From an uncultured Candidatus Saccharibacteria bacterium (lineage in GTDB: Bacteria; Patescibacteriota; Saccharimonadia; CAILAD01; GCA-016700035): a stretch of 64,000 nucleotides of DNA. The position numbers and the translations under genes were made by a program. The stretch spans positions 1,465 to 65,464 of the forward strand of contig CAYVVS010000002.1 of assembly GCA_964454845.1 (NCBI GenBank), written 5' to 3'. Positions 45,153-52,407 of the stretch are shown here, one piece after another. Position 1 is the stretch's first letter. The number at the start of each line of letters is the position of its first letter. The notes under the pieces were generated by a model. The model was not told the origin of the DNA. It saw nothing but the letters and a program-made list of their open reading frames with translations, and did not search any database.

Positions 45153-45761
45153 GTGAAGCGGAGGGTGGAGAGGAGTAGTTCTTCTCGGGTTTCCGAGAGA
45201 CCTATGAGTATCTACACACATATCATGACGTCTATCGTCTTGGTATTCGCTCAGGTGGCATCATATGCTGTGCAACTTCCCGCCACCGCCCAGCTCACGC
45301 AAACTGCGCAAGCTGGCAGCACAAGCACCCACACAATCCAACTCACCACTAACTCGTATCAGCCCCTCGTGGTTGCATCGGTTACACCAAGCTTCGACGA
45401 AGCTGTTGTAAGCCCGTTGCGTGCCGCGCAGGCTGCTGAAGAGGCGAGCAAGAAGGCTCAAGAAAAGGCTAAAACGGTAGTCCGTAAGGTTACCCAAAAG
45501 GCTGCTCCACTCGTTATCGGTGGATCTGACGCCTTCGCTAAGCTCCGCTTCTGTGAGGCTGGTGGTGACTACGCTAAAAACACTGGTAACGGCTACTACG
45601 GTGCCTACCAGTACAACATTGGTACTTGGGCAAACTTTGGTGGTTTCGCGCGGCCTGACCTCGCTCCACCAGAGGTTCAAGATGCCAAGGCTCGCGAGAC
45701 TCAAGCCCGTCGTGGCTGGAATCCATGGCCATCATGTGCCCGTAAGCTTGGCTTGATGTAA
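45153..45761 (+). CDS. Rpf-like (resuscitation-promoting-factor type) secreted transglycosylase
   Basis: C-terminal LRFCEAGGDYAKNTGNGYYGAYQYNIGTWANFGG matches the Rpf lysozyme-like core (catalytic Glu in the CE motif). N-terminal signal-like region. The start is GTG 45153 or ATG 45204. Confidence 0.75.
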   Translation: MKRRVERSSSSRVSERPMSIYTHIMTSIVLVFAQVASYAVQLPATAQLTQTAQAGSTSTHTIQLTTNSYQPLVVASVTPSFDEAVVSPLRAAQAAEEASKKAQEKAKTVVRKVTQKAAPLVIGGSDAFAKLRFCEAGGDYAKNTGNGYYGAYQYNIGTWANFGGFARPDLAPPEVQDAKARETQARRGWNPWPSCARKLGLM

Positions 45762-45788
45762 ATCAGCCGTGCCTGAAAGGTCATAAGC

Positions 45789-45818
45789 AAAACCCCCGTT
45801 CGTAAGAGCGGGGGTTTT
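45789..45818. terminator. Bidirectional intrinsic terminator between the Rpf-like gene and the HExxH gene
   Basis: aaaacccccg...cgggggtttt (10-bp arms). Confidence 0.75.
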
Positions 45819-45824
45819 GCGATT

Positions 45825-47018
45825 TTATTCTGCCGCAGGAGCCCCTACTGCAGCTTTTTCGGGGAAATATTTGGCATACAGTGCATCCACAACGATTTGC
45901 TGAAACTGTATCGCGCTCGCAGTGTCGGTATCTCTAATATCACGCAATCTCTTATACAAACCCGGTTCTAAGGCATTGAGCTTTTGAGCAATCTGTCGAA
46001 GCCCTTCCACATTACTTCGCGACAAAATGAATGCATCAAATAATGTTGGATCATCTTCAACTAAAAAAGACAACGCTTGAGCAAGGAACGCGTAATTATG
46101 AACACCGATATCTTCCCCCCTCAAAGTTCCTCGCTCACCTTCATTATCAAGCAACCGCCTATCAATATAGCCGACCCTACCGCTTATTCGTGATTGTTTA
46201 AGATGCTTAATGATATTTTTTAACCCAAGTGGGGGTGCCCCCTCTATGTTAATGGTTACACTACCCCCTTCTATAGATATAACTAATGCATCTCCAAACG
46301 CCCCCGCTTCAGGGGTACCATACCTCGGTCCTATACCTGGATCATAATCAGATTCTGTGTAATACCTTTGAGCCATATGTTCGCAGAACGCTTCTTCAAG
46401 CGCATTGCCATGGGCGCTTTCTATAGCATTACCAATTCTCACAGTATCCTGCACCATGTAATCATGATCTATCGAAAAATAATTTTGATATGCGCTACTA
46501 CTATGAGCCAATTCATGCACAACAAGGCCTTGTAGCTGGGTATGATAGTCTTTTTCACGCCCAGACTTTACACGATCATCCGGCGCATCGAGTTTGATTA
46601 CTACTGCATCTGCACGGCTGTCGTATCTTCCTTGAATTTTACCTTCCAGATCGGCATATTTACCGTCAAATTCCTCCAAAAAGTAAACGGGCTTAGTATT
46701 AAGCCCAAACCGATGGATGAATGAAAGTGCTTCATCTATATTTGGTCGCTCAACCCTCTGTACTCTTTCTTTTCTTTCATAAGATATTCGTCTAAATTCC
46801 GCATTCGACAACAATGCTTTTTTCGCTTTTTCAACGTATTCAGCAGAATGAGGGGCTTGGGGAGAATATGCATACCCTTTGTGGTCGACAACTTCACGCC
46901 CCTTAACTTGAGCCTCATCTGGAATAGTGCTGCCTTGATGAACGAGACTGGATAAATCCGGAACTGAAGGCTTAAATTCTTGATCGGGGTGCAAGCTGCT
47001 ATTTTCAGGACTAGACAT
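45825..47018 (-). CDS. HExxH-motif protein (putative zinc metallopeptidase) with N-terminal module shared with the upstream gene
   Basis: VVHELAHSS. N-terminus MSSPENSSLHPDQEFKPSVPDLSS is homologous to the 47068-47979 product. No signal peptide or TM. Confidence 0.6.
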   Translation of the reverse strand: MSSPENSSLHPDQEFKPSVPDLSSLVHQGSTIPDEAQVKGREVVDHKGYAYSPQAPHSAEYVEKAKKALLSNAEFRRISYERKERVQRVERPNIDEALSFIHRFGLNTKPVYFLEEFDGKYADLEGKIQGRYDSRADAVVIKLDAPDDRVKSGREKDYHTQLQGLVVHELAHSSSAYQNYFSIDHDYMVQDTVRIGNAIESAHGNALEEAFCEHMAQRYYTESDYDPGIGPRYGTPEAGAFGDALVISIEGGSVTINIEGAPPLGLKNIIKHLKQSRISGRVGYIDRRLLDNEGERGTLRGEDIGVHNYAFLAQALSFLVEDDPTLFDAFILSRSNVEGLRQIAQKLNALEPGLYKRLRDIRDTDTASAIQFQQIVVDALYAKYFPEKAAVGAPAAE

Positions 47019-47067
47019 ATTGTTTTTGCGTATTTAGATTGAATGCATAATATTGACTTTTCAGCTT

Positions 47068-47979
47068 CTATTCGCCACCGCGCCGCATGTCATTACCAAT
47101 CACATCTCCTGTGATAACAGTATTTCGTATCTCGACTTTTTTGTGGTTACCGGCAGATGTAGTTTTTACTGATCCGGTATCTATATCTACCCCTGCTTTG
47201 TCGGCATCCATGATTGCCTGATTGCGATAAGCCTCCTCATTAGCATAATAGTGAGCTGCGGCCTCGGCATTAGCTGACTCATCCCCATCAGTAACTCTGT
47301 CTCTCAATTCTTGAGCCACTTGCCCAGCTATATTCCCTTCTAAATTTGGAGAAATGAATACTCCGCCAGTTTTTTCTGGAACTTGGCGTGTATCACCCTG
47401 AGAAGACGATAGTTCCTGATTAGTATATGGCGGGTAGTTCACATCAACCCCTGCGCGTCGAGCGTCATTTACCGCCTGGTTTTTGTAAGCTTCTTCATTC
47501 TCTCTAAAATGTTCTCCAGCAACGAAGTCTACAGCCTGCACTGCTCGTCCCTGCCGACTAGCTTCCTCTTCAGCTGCTTGTTGCTGTTCTGACCACTTAT
47601 TTCCCCTTGCTTCTAGGATTTTTAAAGCTTGAGTAAGTGCAAACTTATCTCCTAGATTATCCGGATCAGTTGCCTCAAGGTCCTCCAATGCAAGCCTCAG
47701 TTCTTCTACGGCGACTTGCGTATCCTTCCTACTCTCCCGGCTTTCTTTCGCATCCTCTTGAGCCTGTTCAACATAACGAGAATGCTCGGTGTGCCTATCT
47801 CGTAAATGATCCGCTACTCGACCTTCGTCATTATTCTCAAAATGAGTCGCCACACCTCTATCTGGATTACCGGTACCGACGGTTTGATATTCACCTAGAT
47901 TCGGCGTGAGATCTGGTACTGACGGCTTAAAGCCCCGATCACTTCCCTCAGAATGTTCTGGATTATGTGGGTCTGACAT
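47068..47979 (-). CDS. Repeat-containing protein sharing the FKPSVPDL N-terminal module
   Basis: Trimmed to ATG 47979 (MSDPHNPEHSEGSDRGFKPSVPDLTP...). Two copies of an H-x3-NEEAY(K/R)NQA-x2-DA-x2-AGVD repeat. Confidence 0.6.
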   Translation of the reverse strand: MSDPHNPEHSEGSDRGFKPSVPDLTPNLGEYQTVGTGNPDRGVATHFENNDEGRVADHLRDRHTEHSRYVEQAQEDAKESRESRKDTQVAVEELRLALEDLEATDPDNLGDKFALTQALKILEARGNKWSEQQQAAEEEASRQGRAVQAVDFVAGEHFRENEEAYKNQAVNDARRAGVDVNYPPYTNQELSSSQGDTRQVPEKTGGVFISPNLEGNIAGQVAQELRDRVTDGDESANAEAAAHYYANEEAYRNQAIMDADKAGVDIDTGSVKTTSAGNHKKVEIRNTVITGDVIGNDMRRGGE

Positions 47980-48043
47980 TATTTTCCTTTTTTTTAAACT
48001 CGTTATGCTTAAGATATCATCTTCTCGAGACACTCACAAATAT

Positions 48044-48487
48044 CTAGCCCTCTACTCCAATACTTTTTTCATGCAAAAGTGTTGGTAATAAACCAATTGC
48101 CTGTTCATGTGTAAGCGTATGCCCCGCCAGCAATTCCAAGCCTGCGACGACACCTATCTTTGTGCCATCAAGTACCAATTTCTTTACACCGGTGCGACAA
48201 TCGGTAAAATTCACCTCCTGCCACTCACAGCTAAGAAACTGGCAAGAGAGAAACTCGGAGCCACTAAAATCTACCTTATCGAAAATGCAATTACGGAAAA
48301 CGACATGTTTAAACTTACTCGCTCGCCAATTTACCGCTGAAAATTTGCAATCAACATATTCCGAATCCGTCACATGGGTCTCATACATCTGCACGGCAGC
48401 ATAGCGACAATCCACAATTTTTTGCTGAATCCAGCCGGTCCGTACAAATTTTTCATCTATAAACTGCTTACCGCGGGTAGTCTTCAT
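48044..48487 (-). CDS. Pentapeptide-repeat protein
   Basis: Ten consecutive pentads with an F/W centre: CKFSA VNWRA SKFKH VVFRN CIFDK VDFSG SEFLS CQFLS CEWQE VNFTD. Confidence 0.8.
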   Translation of the reverse strand: MKTTRGKQFIDEKFVRTGWIQQKIVDCRYAAVQMYETHVTDSEYVDCKFSAVNWRASKFKHVVFRNCIFDKVDFSGSEFLSCQFLSCEWQEVNFTDCRTGVKKLVLDGTKIGVVAGLELLAGHTLTHEQAIGLLPTLLHEKSIGVEG

Positions 48488-48531
48488 ACGTCCATTATAC
48501 TAGATGATAGATAGACAGGATTTACGCCTCC

Positions 48532-48560
48532 TTGACCCATGCCGTTAAACCTGGTAAGAT
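48532..48560 (+). promoter_or_regulatory. Predicted promoter of rpmE, only 9 nt from the start codon (leaderless-type)
   Basis: TTGACC-17 nt-TAAGAT with TG at the extended -10 position. ATG at 48570, no SD. Confidence 0.5.
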
Positions 48561-48569
48561 ACTGGGGTT

Positions 48570-48941
48570 ATGAAAGCCAATATCCATCCAGATTGGGTCG
48601 AAACCAAGGTTACCTGCCTCGGTTGCGACACTACTTTTACCAGCCACTCCACCGTGCCAGAAATCACTGTAGAAATCTGCTCGAACTGCCATCCGTTCTA
48701 TACCGGCAAGCAGAAGCTTGTGGACACTGCTGGTCGTGTTGATCGCTTTGAAGCCTTGCGCAAGAAGAGCGGCGCGTTAAAGCAGACCGCAAAACCAAAG
48801 AAGACCGCTAAAAAGGTCGAGAAGGTTGCGGAAGCCCCTAAGGACGCAAAAGCTGCCTTAAAAGAAATTAAGGCCGAGCTTAAGGACCATACTGTAGATC
48901 AAGCAGCAGCAAAGCCTGAAGCTAAAACCGAAAGCGAATAA
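48570..48941 (+). CDS. rpmE: 50S ribosomal protein L31 with Lys/Ala-rich C-terminal extension
   Basis: [49 protein letters not shown] (CxxC...CxxC type), followed by about 55 extra K/A/E-rich residues. Confidence 0.9.
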   Translation: MKANIHPDWVETKVTCLGCDTTFTSHSTVPEITVEICSNCHPFYTGKQKLVDTAGRVDRFEALRKKSGALKQTAKPKKTAKKVEKVAEAPKDAKAALKEIKAELKDHTVDQAAAKPEAKTESE

Positions 48942-48958
48942 CTCGCTCAAGCACCATG

Positions 48959-48985
48959 AAAGACGCCCTATAGCTGGGCGTCTTT
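48959..48985 (+). terminator. Intrinsic terminator after rpmE
   Basis: aaagacgccc-tatagct-gggcgtcttt followed by ctgctg. Confidence 0.6.
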
Positions 48986-49017
48986 CTGCTGTAAAATAGG
49001 AAATAGTTAAAAAAGCC

Positions 49018-50079
49018 ATGATTGATCAAGCCTCTATCGACAAACTCAAAAACCGCCTCGACGAACTCGAGGTAGAACTCTCGCGCCCAGAAATCTATGC
49101 CAGCCCCAAAGCTGCTGGTTTGGTACACGAACAGCGCGACTTGCAAACCAGACTCGAACTATTTGAAGATGTGCAGAAAACCGAGACCGATCTAGAAGAT
49201 GCCAAAGCCCTGGCGAACGACGCTGAAATGGGCGAATTGGCGCGCGCTGAGATTCCAGAGCTCGAATCCAAACTAGAAGGCCTGCAAGATAAGGTACGTG
49301 CCGCGCTCGTACCAACTGATCCGAACGATAATAAAACTGCCATCATTGAAATTCGCGCCGGGGCCGGCGGCGACGAAAGCTCACTCTTTGCTGGCGAGCT
49401 AGCCCGTATGTATGCCCGATTCGCTGAAGCTCACGGCCTAAAACTTACTATGCTCTCAGAAAGCCCCAATGAAGTAGGCGGGTATAAAGAAGTAATTATC
49501 GAAGCCTCTGGGCCAGAAGCCTATGGTCAACTTAAATATGAATCTGGAGTCCACCGTGTGCAGCGTGTTCCAGCTACCGAAAGCCAGGGCCGTACCCATA
49601 CCTCCACCGTCACAGTGGCAGTTTTGCCAGAAGCCGAGGAAACTGAGCTGGAGATTGCCGATAACGAAGTCCGTATCGATGTGTATCGCTCATCTGGCAA
49701 TGGTGGCCAGAGTGTGAATACTACTGATTCGGCCGTACGCCTTACTCACTTGCCGACGGGCATTGTGGTAACCTGTCAGGATGAAAAGAGCCAGATCAAA
49801 AACCGCGCGAAGGCTATGAACGTCTTACGCTCTCGCCTGCTCGCTATGGAAGAAGAAAAACGCCGTAAAGAACTTGGCGATGCTCGTTTGAGTCAAATTG
49901 GCACCGGAGATCGCTCTGAAAAAATCCGCACCTATAACTTCCCTCAAGATCGAATCACCGACCACCGTATTGGTTTTACCACTCATGGGCTCACTCGCTT
50001 TATGGATGGTGGACTTGATGAGCACCATGAAGCCCTGAAACAAGCTGATATCGACCAAGCCCTCGCCGAGCAAGCATGA
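49018..50079 (+). CDS. prfA: Peptide chain release factor 1
   Basis: PAT tripeptide ([10 protein letters not shown]) and GGQ ([16 protein letters not shown]). The TGA stop overlaps the prmC ATG (ATGA). Confidence 0.95.
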   Translation: MIDQASIDKLKNRLDELEVELSRPEIYASPKAAGLVHEQRDLQTRLELFEDVQKTETDLEDAKALANDAEMGELARAEIPELESKLEGLQDKVRAALVPTDPNDNKTAIIEIRAGAGGDESSLFAGELARMYARFAEAHGLKLTMLSESPNEVGGYKEVIIEASGPEAYGQLKYESGVHRVQRVPATESQGRTHTSTVTVAVLPEAEETELEIADNEVRIDVYRSSGNGGQSVNTTDSAVRLTHLPTGIVVTCQDEKSQIKNRAKAMNVLRSRLLAMEEEKRRKELGDARLSQIGTGDRSEKIRTYNFPQDRITDHRIGFTTHGLTRFMDGGLDEHHEALKQADIDQALAEQA

Positions 50080-50888
50080 TACTTCGTGACTTCCTCACAA
50101 ACGCTATCGCCACGCTAAAAACTGCGGGTATAGAAGGTGCTCAAACCGATGCCGAAGTAATTCTGGCACACACACTAGAAAAAGACCGAGCTTGGCTTTT
50201 AGCACATGACGGAACCGAGTTAAGTACCGAGCAGCTAAAACAAGCGCAACAACTTGTGCAAAAACGCGCCGAGCGCATCCCGATGAGCTACGTTTTGGGC
50301 ATGCGAGAATTTGCTGGACTGGAGTTCAAAATAGACGACCGTGCGTTAACGCCACGCGTTGAAACCGAAACGATTGTTGTCGAAGTTTCCAAGCGTGCCC
50401 AGAAAGACGCTCGCGTACTCGACATAGGCACCGGTTCTGGCGCCATGGCAATTGCGCTCAAGCATTTGCGACCCGACCTGCACGTTACGGCCAGCGAAGT
50501 GAGCTCCGAAGCTCTCGAGCTAGCTCGCGAAAATGCAGAAGCTCTTCTCGGCAACGACACAAAAGTCGAATTCGTCAAATCTGACCTTTTTGAGAACATT
50601 GACGGCAAGTTCGACATTATTGTTGCGAATCTGCCATACGTCACTCGCACCATGGAACTAATGCCCGAAGTCCAAAACGAGCCAGATGTGGCGTTGTTTG
50701 GCGGCGCCGACGACGGCCTAGATTTGTACCGAAAATTCTTCACCGAGCTCCCAAACTACATTGCTGCCAATGCGCAAATCTGGACCGAATCTGACCCCTG
50801 GCAGCAAAACGAGATCATTAAACTCGCTCATGACTGTGGTCTCACAAAAATTTTTCAAGATTATTTCATCCTCGGCCTCGAGAAATAA
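50076..50888 (+). CDS. prmC: Release-factor glutamine N5-methyltransferase
   Basis: [15 protein letters not shown] (SAM motif) and IVANLPYV (NPPY-type motif). Translationally coupled to prfA. Confidence 0.9.
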   Translation: MILRDFLTNAIATLKTAGIEGAQTDAEVILAHTLEKDRAWLLAHDGTELSTEQLKQAQQLVQKRAERIPMSYVLGMREFAGLEFKIDDRALTPRVETETIVVEVSKRAQKDARVLDIGTGSGAMAIALKHLRPDLHVTASEVSSEALELARENAEALLGNDTKVEFVKSDLFENIDGKFDIIVANLPYVTRTMELMPEVQNEPDVALFGGADDGLDLYRKFFTELPNYIAANAQIWTESDPWQQNEIIKLAHDCGLTKIFQDYFILGLEK

Positions 50889-50900
50889 TCACTGCAACTA

Positions 50901-50929
50901 TTGACTTTTCTTAATACTTATGCTATTAT
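50901..50929 (+). promoter_or_regulatory. Predicted promoter of island-2 unit 1
   Basis: TTGACT-17 nt-TATTAT immediately after the prmC stop. Confidence 0.55.
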
Positions 50930-51137
50930 AATCAGCATAATCTTTTTTAAAAGATTAGTACCTTCTAAACACTTCCTTATTTCCTTCCTCTTGATGCCTT
51001 TTAAGAAATCGGGCTCGAGACAACCGTAAGTACCCCCGTTTAGTTACTCTTACTGTTTGGATCCCGATTTTTAGCTATGGATCGAGGAAGGGAGATGCAG
51101 CACCCTTGGCAAATCGCCAAAGCTGCAGGAGTACACC

Positions 51138-51377
51138 ATGAAGCTTCTCAAGAGCCTGTTCGGCGATCGAGATGATTGCGCCGCAATGGCATGCATCACG
51201 ATGGTCTACTTGCCCTTCGCAGTCATGTTCACCTACGGCTCCGTCCGTTTCGAGATGCAGTTCATCGGCCACCCGCTGATCAGCTGGATTCTCATCGCCC
51301 ACTGTGTCATCGTCTATTGCTTCGGCATGGTCTCTGGCGCTCGTTGGCTTGCACTACAGCTCATCTACTCACCGTAA
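51138..51377 (+). CDS. Island-2 small membrane protein (79 aa, two TM)
   Basis: AGGAG 6 nt upstream. TMs AAMACITMVYLPFAVMFTYGSV and LISWILIAHCVIVYCFGMVSGA. High GC3. Confidence 0.55.
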   Translation: MKLLKSLFGDRDDCAAMACITMVYLPFAVMFTYGSVRFEMQFIGHPLISWILIAHCVIVYCFGMVSGARWLALQLIYSP

Positions 51378-51390
51378 GGAGGTGATACAC

Positions 51391-51588
51391 ATGCCGAGAA
51401 ATCGGTACCGTCGACGACGACAGCTCAGCAGGGTCCTCCTGCCTGTCGCAGTCGGCCTGCTAGCGGCCTGCGCACTGGTCTTCGTCCTCGCCATCGAGGG
51501 TGTCCCCGTGCCAGAACCGGTGCTGTTTACGGCTTTCGCGATCTTCGTCGTGATTGCGCTCACAGCAACAGCCGCTTCGGTGGTCTAG
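51391..51588 (+). CDS. Island-2 small membrane protein (65 aa, Arg-rich N-terminus, two TM)
   Basis: AAGGAGG 8 nt upstream; this SD overlaps the stop codon of the preceding ORF (ccgTAAGGAGGtg). MPRNRYRRRRQLSRVLLPVAVGLLAACALVFVLAI... Confidence 0.55.
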   Translation: MPRNRYRRRRQLSRVLLPVAVGLLAACALVFVLAIEGVPVPEPVLFTAFAIFVVIALTATAASVV

Positions 51589-51778
51589 CATTCACCTCTC
51601 CCCCGGAGGTAAAATCGATTGCAAAATCGAAGTGTCGCAAGACGCGAGGGAGGCGCTTTAGCAGTCAGCGATAAGTACACAATCTCGATACCGAGATCGC
51701 GGTACAACTGCTCTTACAAGCACCCGTTTTCCTAACTTTAGGATTTATATGGGTGCTTTTCCTTGTCTAGGAAATATA

Positions 51779-51807
51779 TTGACTTTATTGTTATATTATT
51801 GTAATAT
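51779..51807 (+). promoter_or_regulatory. Predicted promoter of island-2 unit 2
   Basis: TTGACT-17 nt-TAATAT in a spacer of about 27% G+C. Confidence 0.55.
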
Positions 51808-51841
51808 ATTTTTACCGTACCTTCGAACGAAAGATTCTCAC

Positions 51842-52303
51842 ATGCTCACCATCAAGCAGAGACTTCTGCTCATGCTTGCCCTATTGGTCTTCTCCGTCTC
51901 CCTCATGGGGTCGGCAGTGACCTTCGAACTGGCTCGAGAGACTCAATCGAGAGCGACCATCAACACCGTGTACATCCTCGACGTATTCGGTGGTGCTTCC
52001 GGAGTCCTGATCGCAGCCTACATCGCGCTGCGAGGTTTCTGCAGTGAGCCCCTCCTCCCAGAGTTCCCTCTCTGGATGAAGCTCTGCGCCTACTACGCAG
52101 TCTGCATGGTTGCAGCTGGAACGCTGAGCTTCGTATTCACAGGCGACACATGGCAACAACGAGTTGCCATGCAAGAGCTCGAACAGACCAGTAACTACAC
52201 GGCAATCAATGCGATGATGGTCGTCATCGGCCTCGCCAACTTCGGTTGCCTGTGGCTCATCGACCGGCACGATGCCAAGAGCGATCACAGCCTCAAGTCC
52301 TGA
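51842..52303 (+). CDS. Island-2 four-TM membrane protein (153 aa), function unknown
   Basis: Track ORF 51749..52303 trimmed to ATG 51842 (MLTIKQRLLLMLALLVFSVSLMG...), where GC-rich coding composition begins. Four hydrophobic spans. Confidence 0.6.
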   Translation: MLTIKQRLLLMLALLVFSVSLMGSAVTFELARETQSRATINTVYILDVFGGASGVLIAAYIALRGFCSEPLLPEFPLWMKLCAYYAVCMVAAGTLSFVFTGDTWQQRVAMQELEQTSNYTAINAMMVVIGLANFGCLWLIDRHDAKSDHSLKS

Positions 52304-52358
52304 TACGCGAGCTGCGCACGGTAAGCCAACAAGGCCCAAAAAGTACCGTGCAAACCAA

Positions 52359-52388
52359 CACCCACCCGAACATTAGTTCGGGTGGGTG
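52359..52388. terminator. Intrinsic terminator between island 2 and convergent htrA
   Basis: Perfect 13-bp stem cacccacccgaac / gttcgggtgggtg, 4-nt loop, followed by ctcttcttttt. Confidence 0.8.
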
Positions 52389-52407
52389 CTCTTCTTTTTA
52401 GATGATG

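Larger units (their letters stand above)
50889..52407. other. High-G+C compositional island 2 (whole block between prmC and htrA: two promoter-led units, three small membrane-protein genes)
   Basis: Hand counts: 42/60 G+C at 51421-51480, against 16/60 in the internal promoter spacer 51781-51840. GC-rich cores lie at about 51060-51600 and 51842-52330. Confidence 0.8.

Noticed and set aside
45036-45203. Naming the rpf leader a cyclic-di-AMP (ydaO) riboswitch
   Set aside because: The conserved ydaO boxes are not recognisable by eye. It is kept only as an unclassified structured-leader candidate pending a covariance-model search.
45825-48487. Treating the effector-like cluster as a low-G+C island
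   Set aside because: Hand counts (24/60 at 46201-46260, 26/60 at 47041-47100) are within the range seen in backbone lines (24/60 at 12001-12060). No compositional claim is made.
51075-52339. Shadow ORFs in island 2 (51075..51302 -, 51176..51385 +, 51369..51563 -, 51881..52339 -, and the 51304 and 51749 upstream extensions)
   Set aside because: Same reasoning. The accepted starts sit 6-8 nt after AGGAG/AAGGAGG or at the point where GC-rich coding composition begins.
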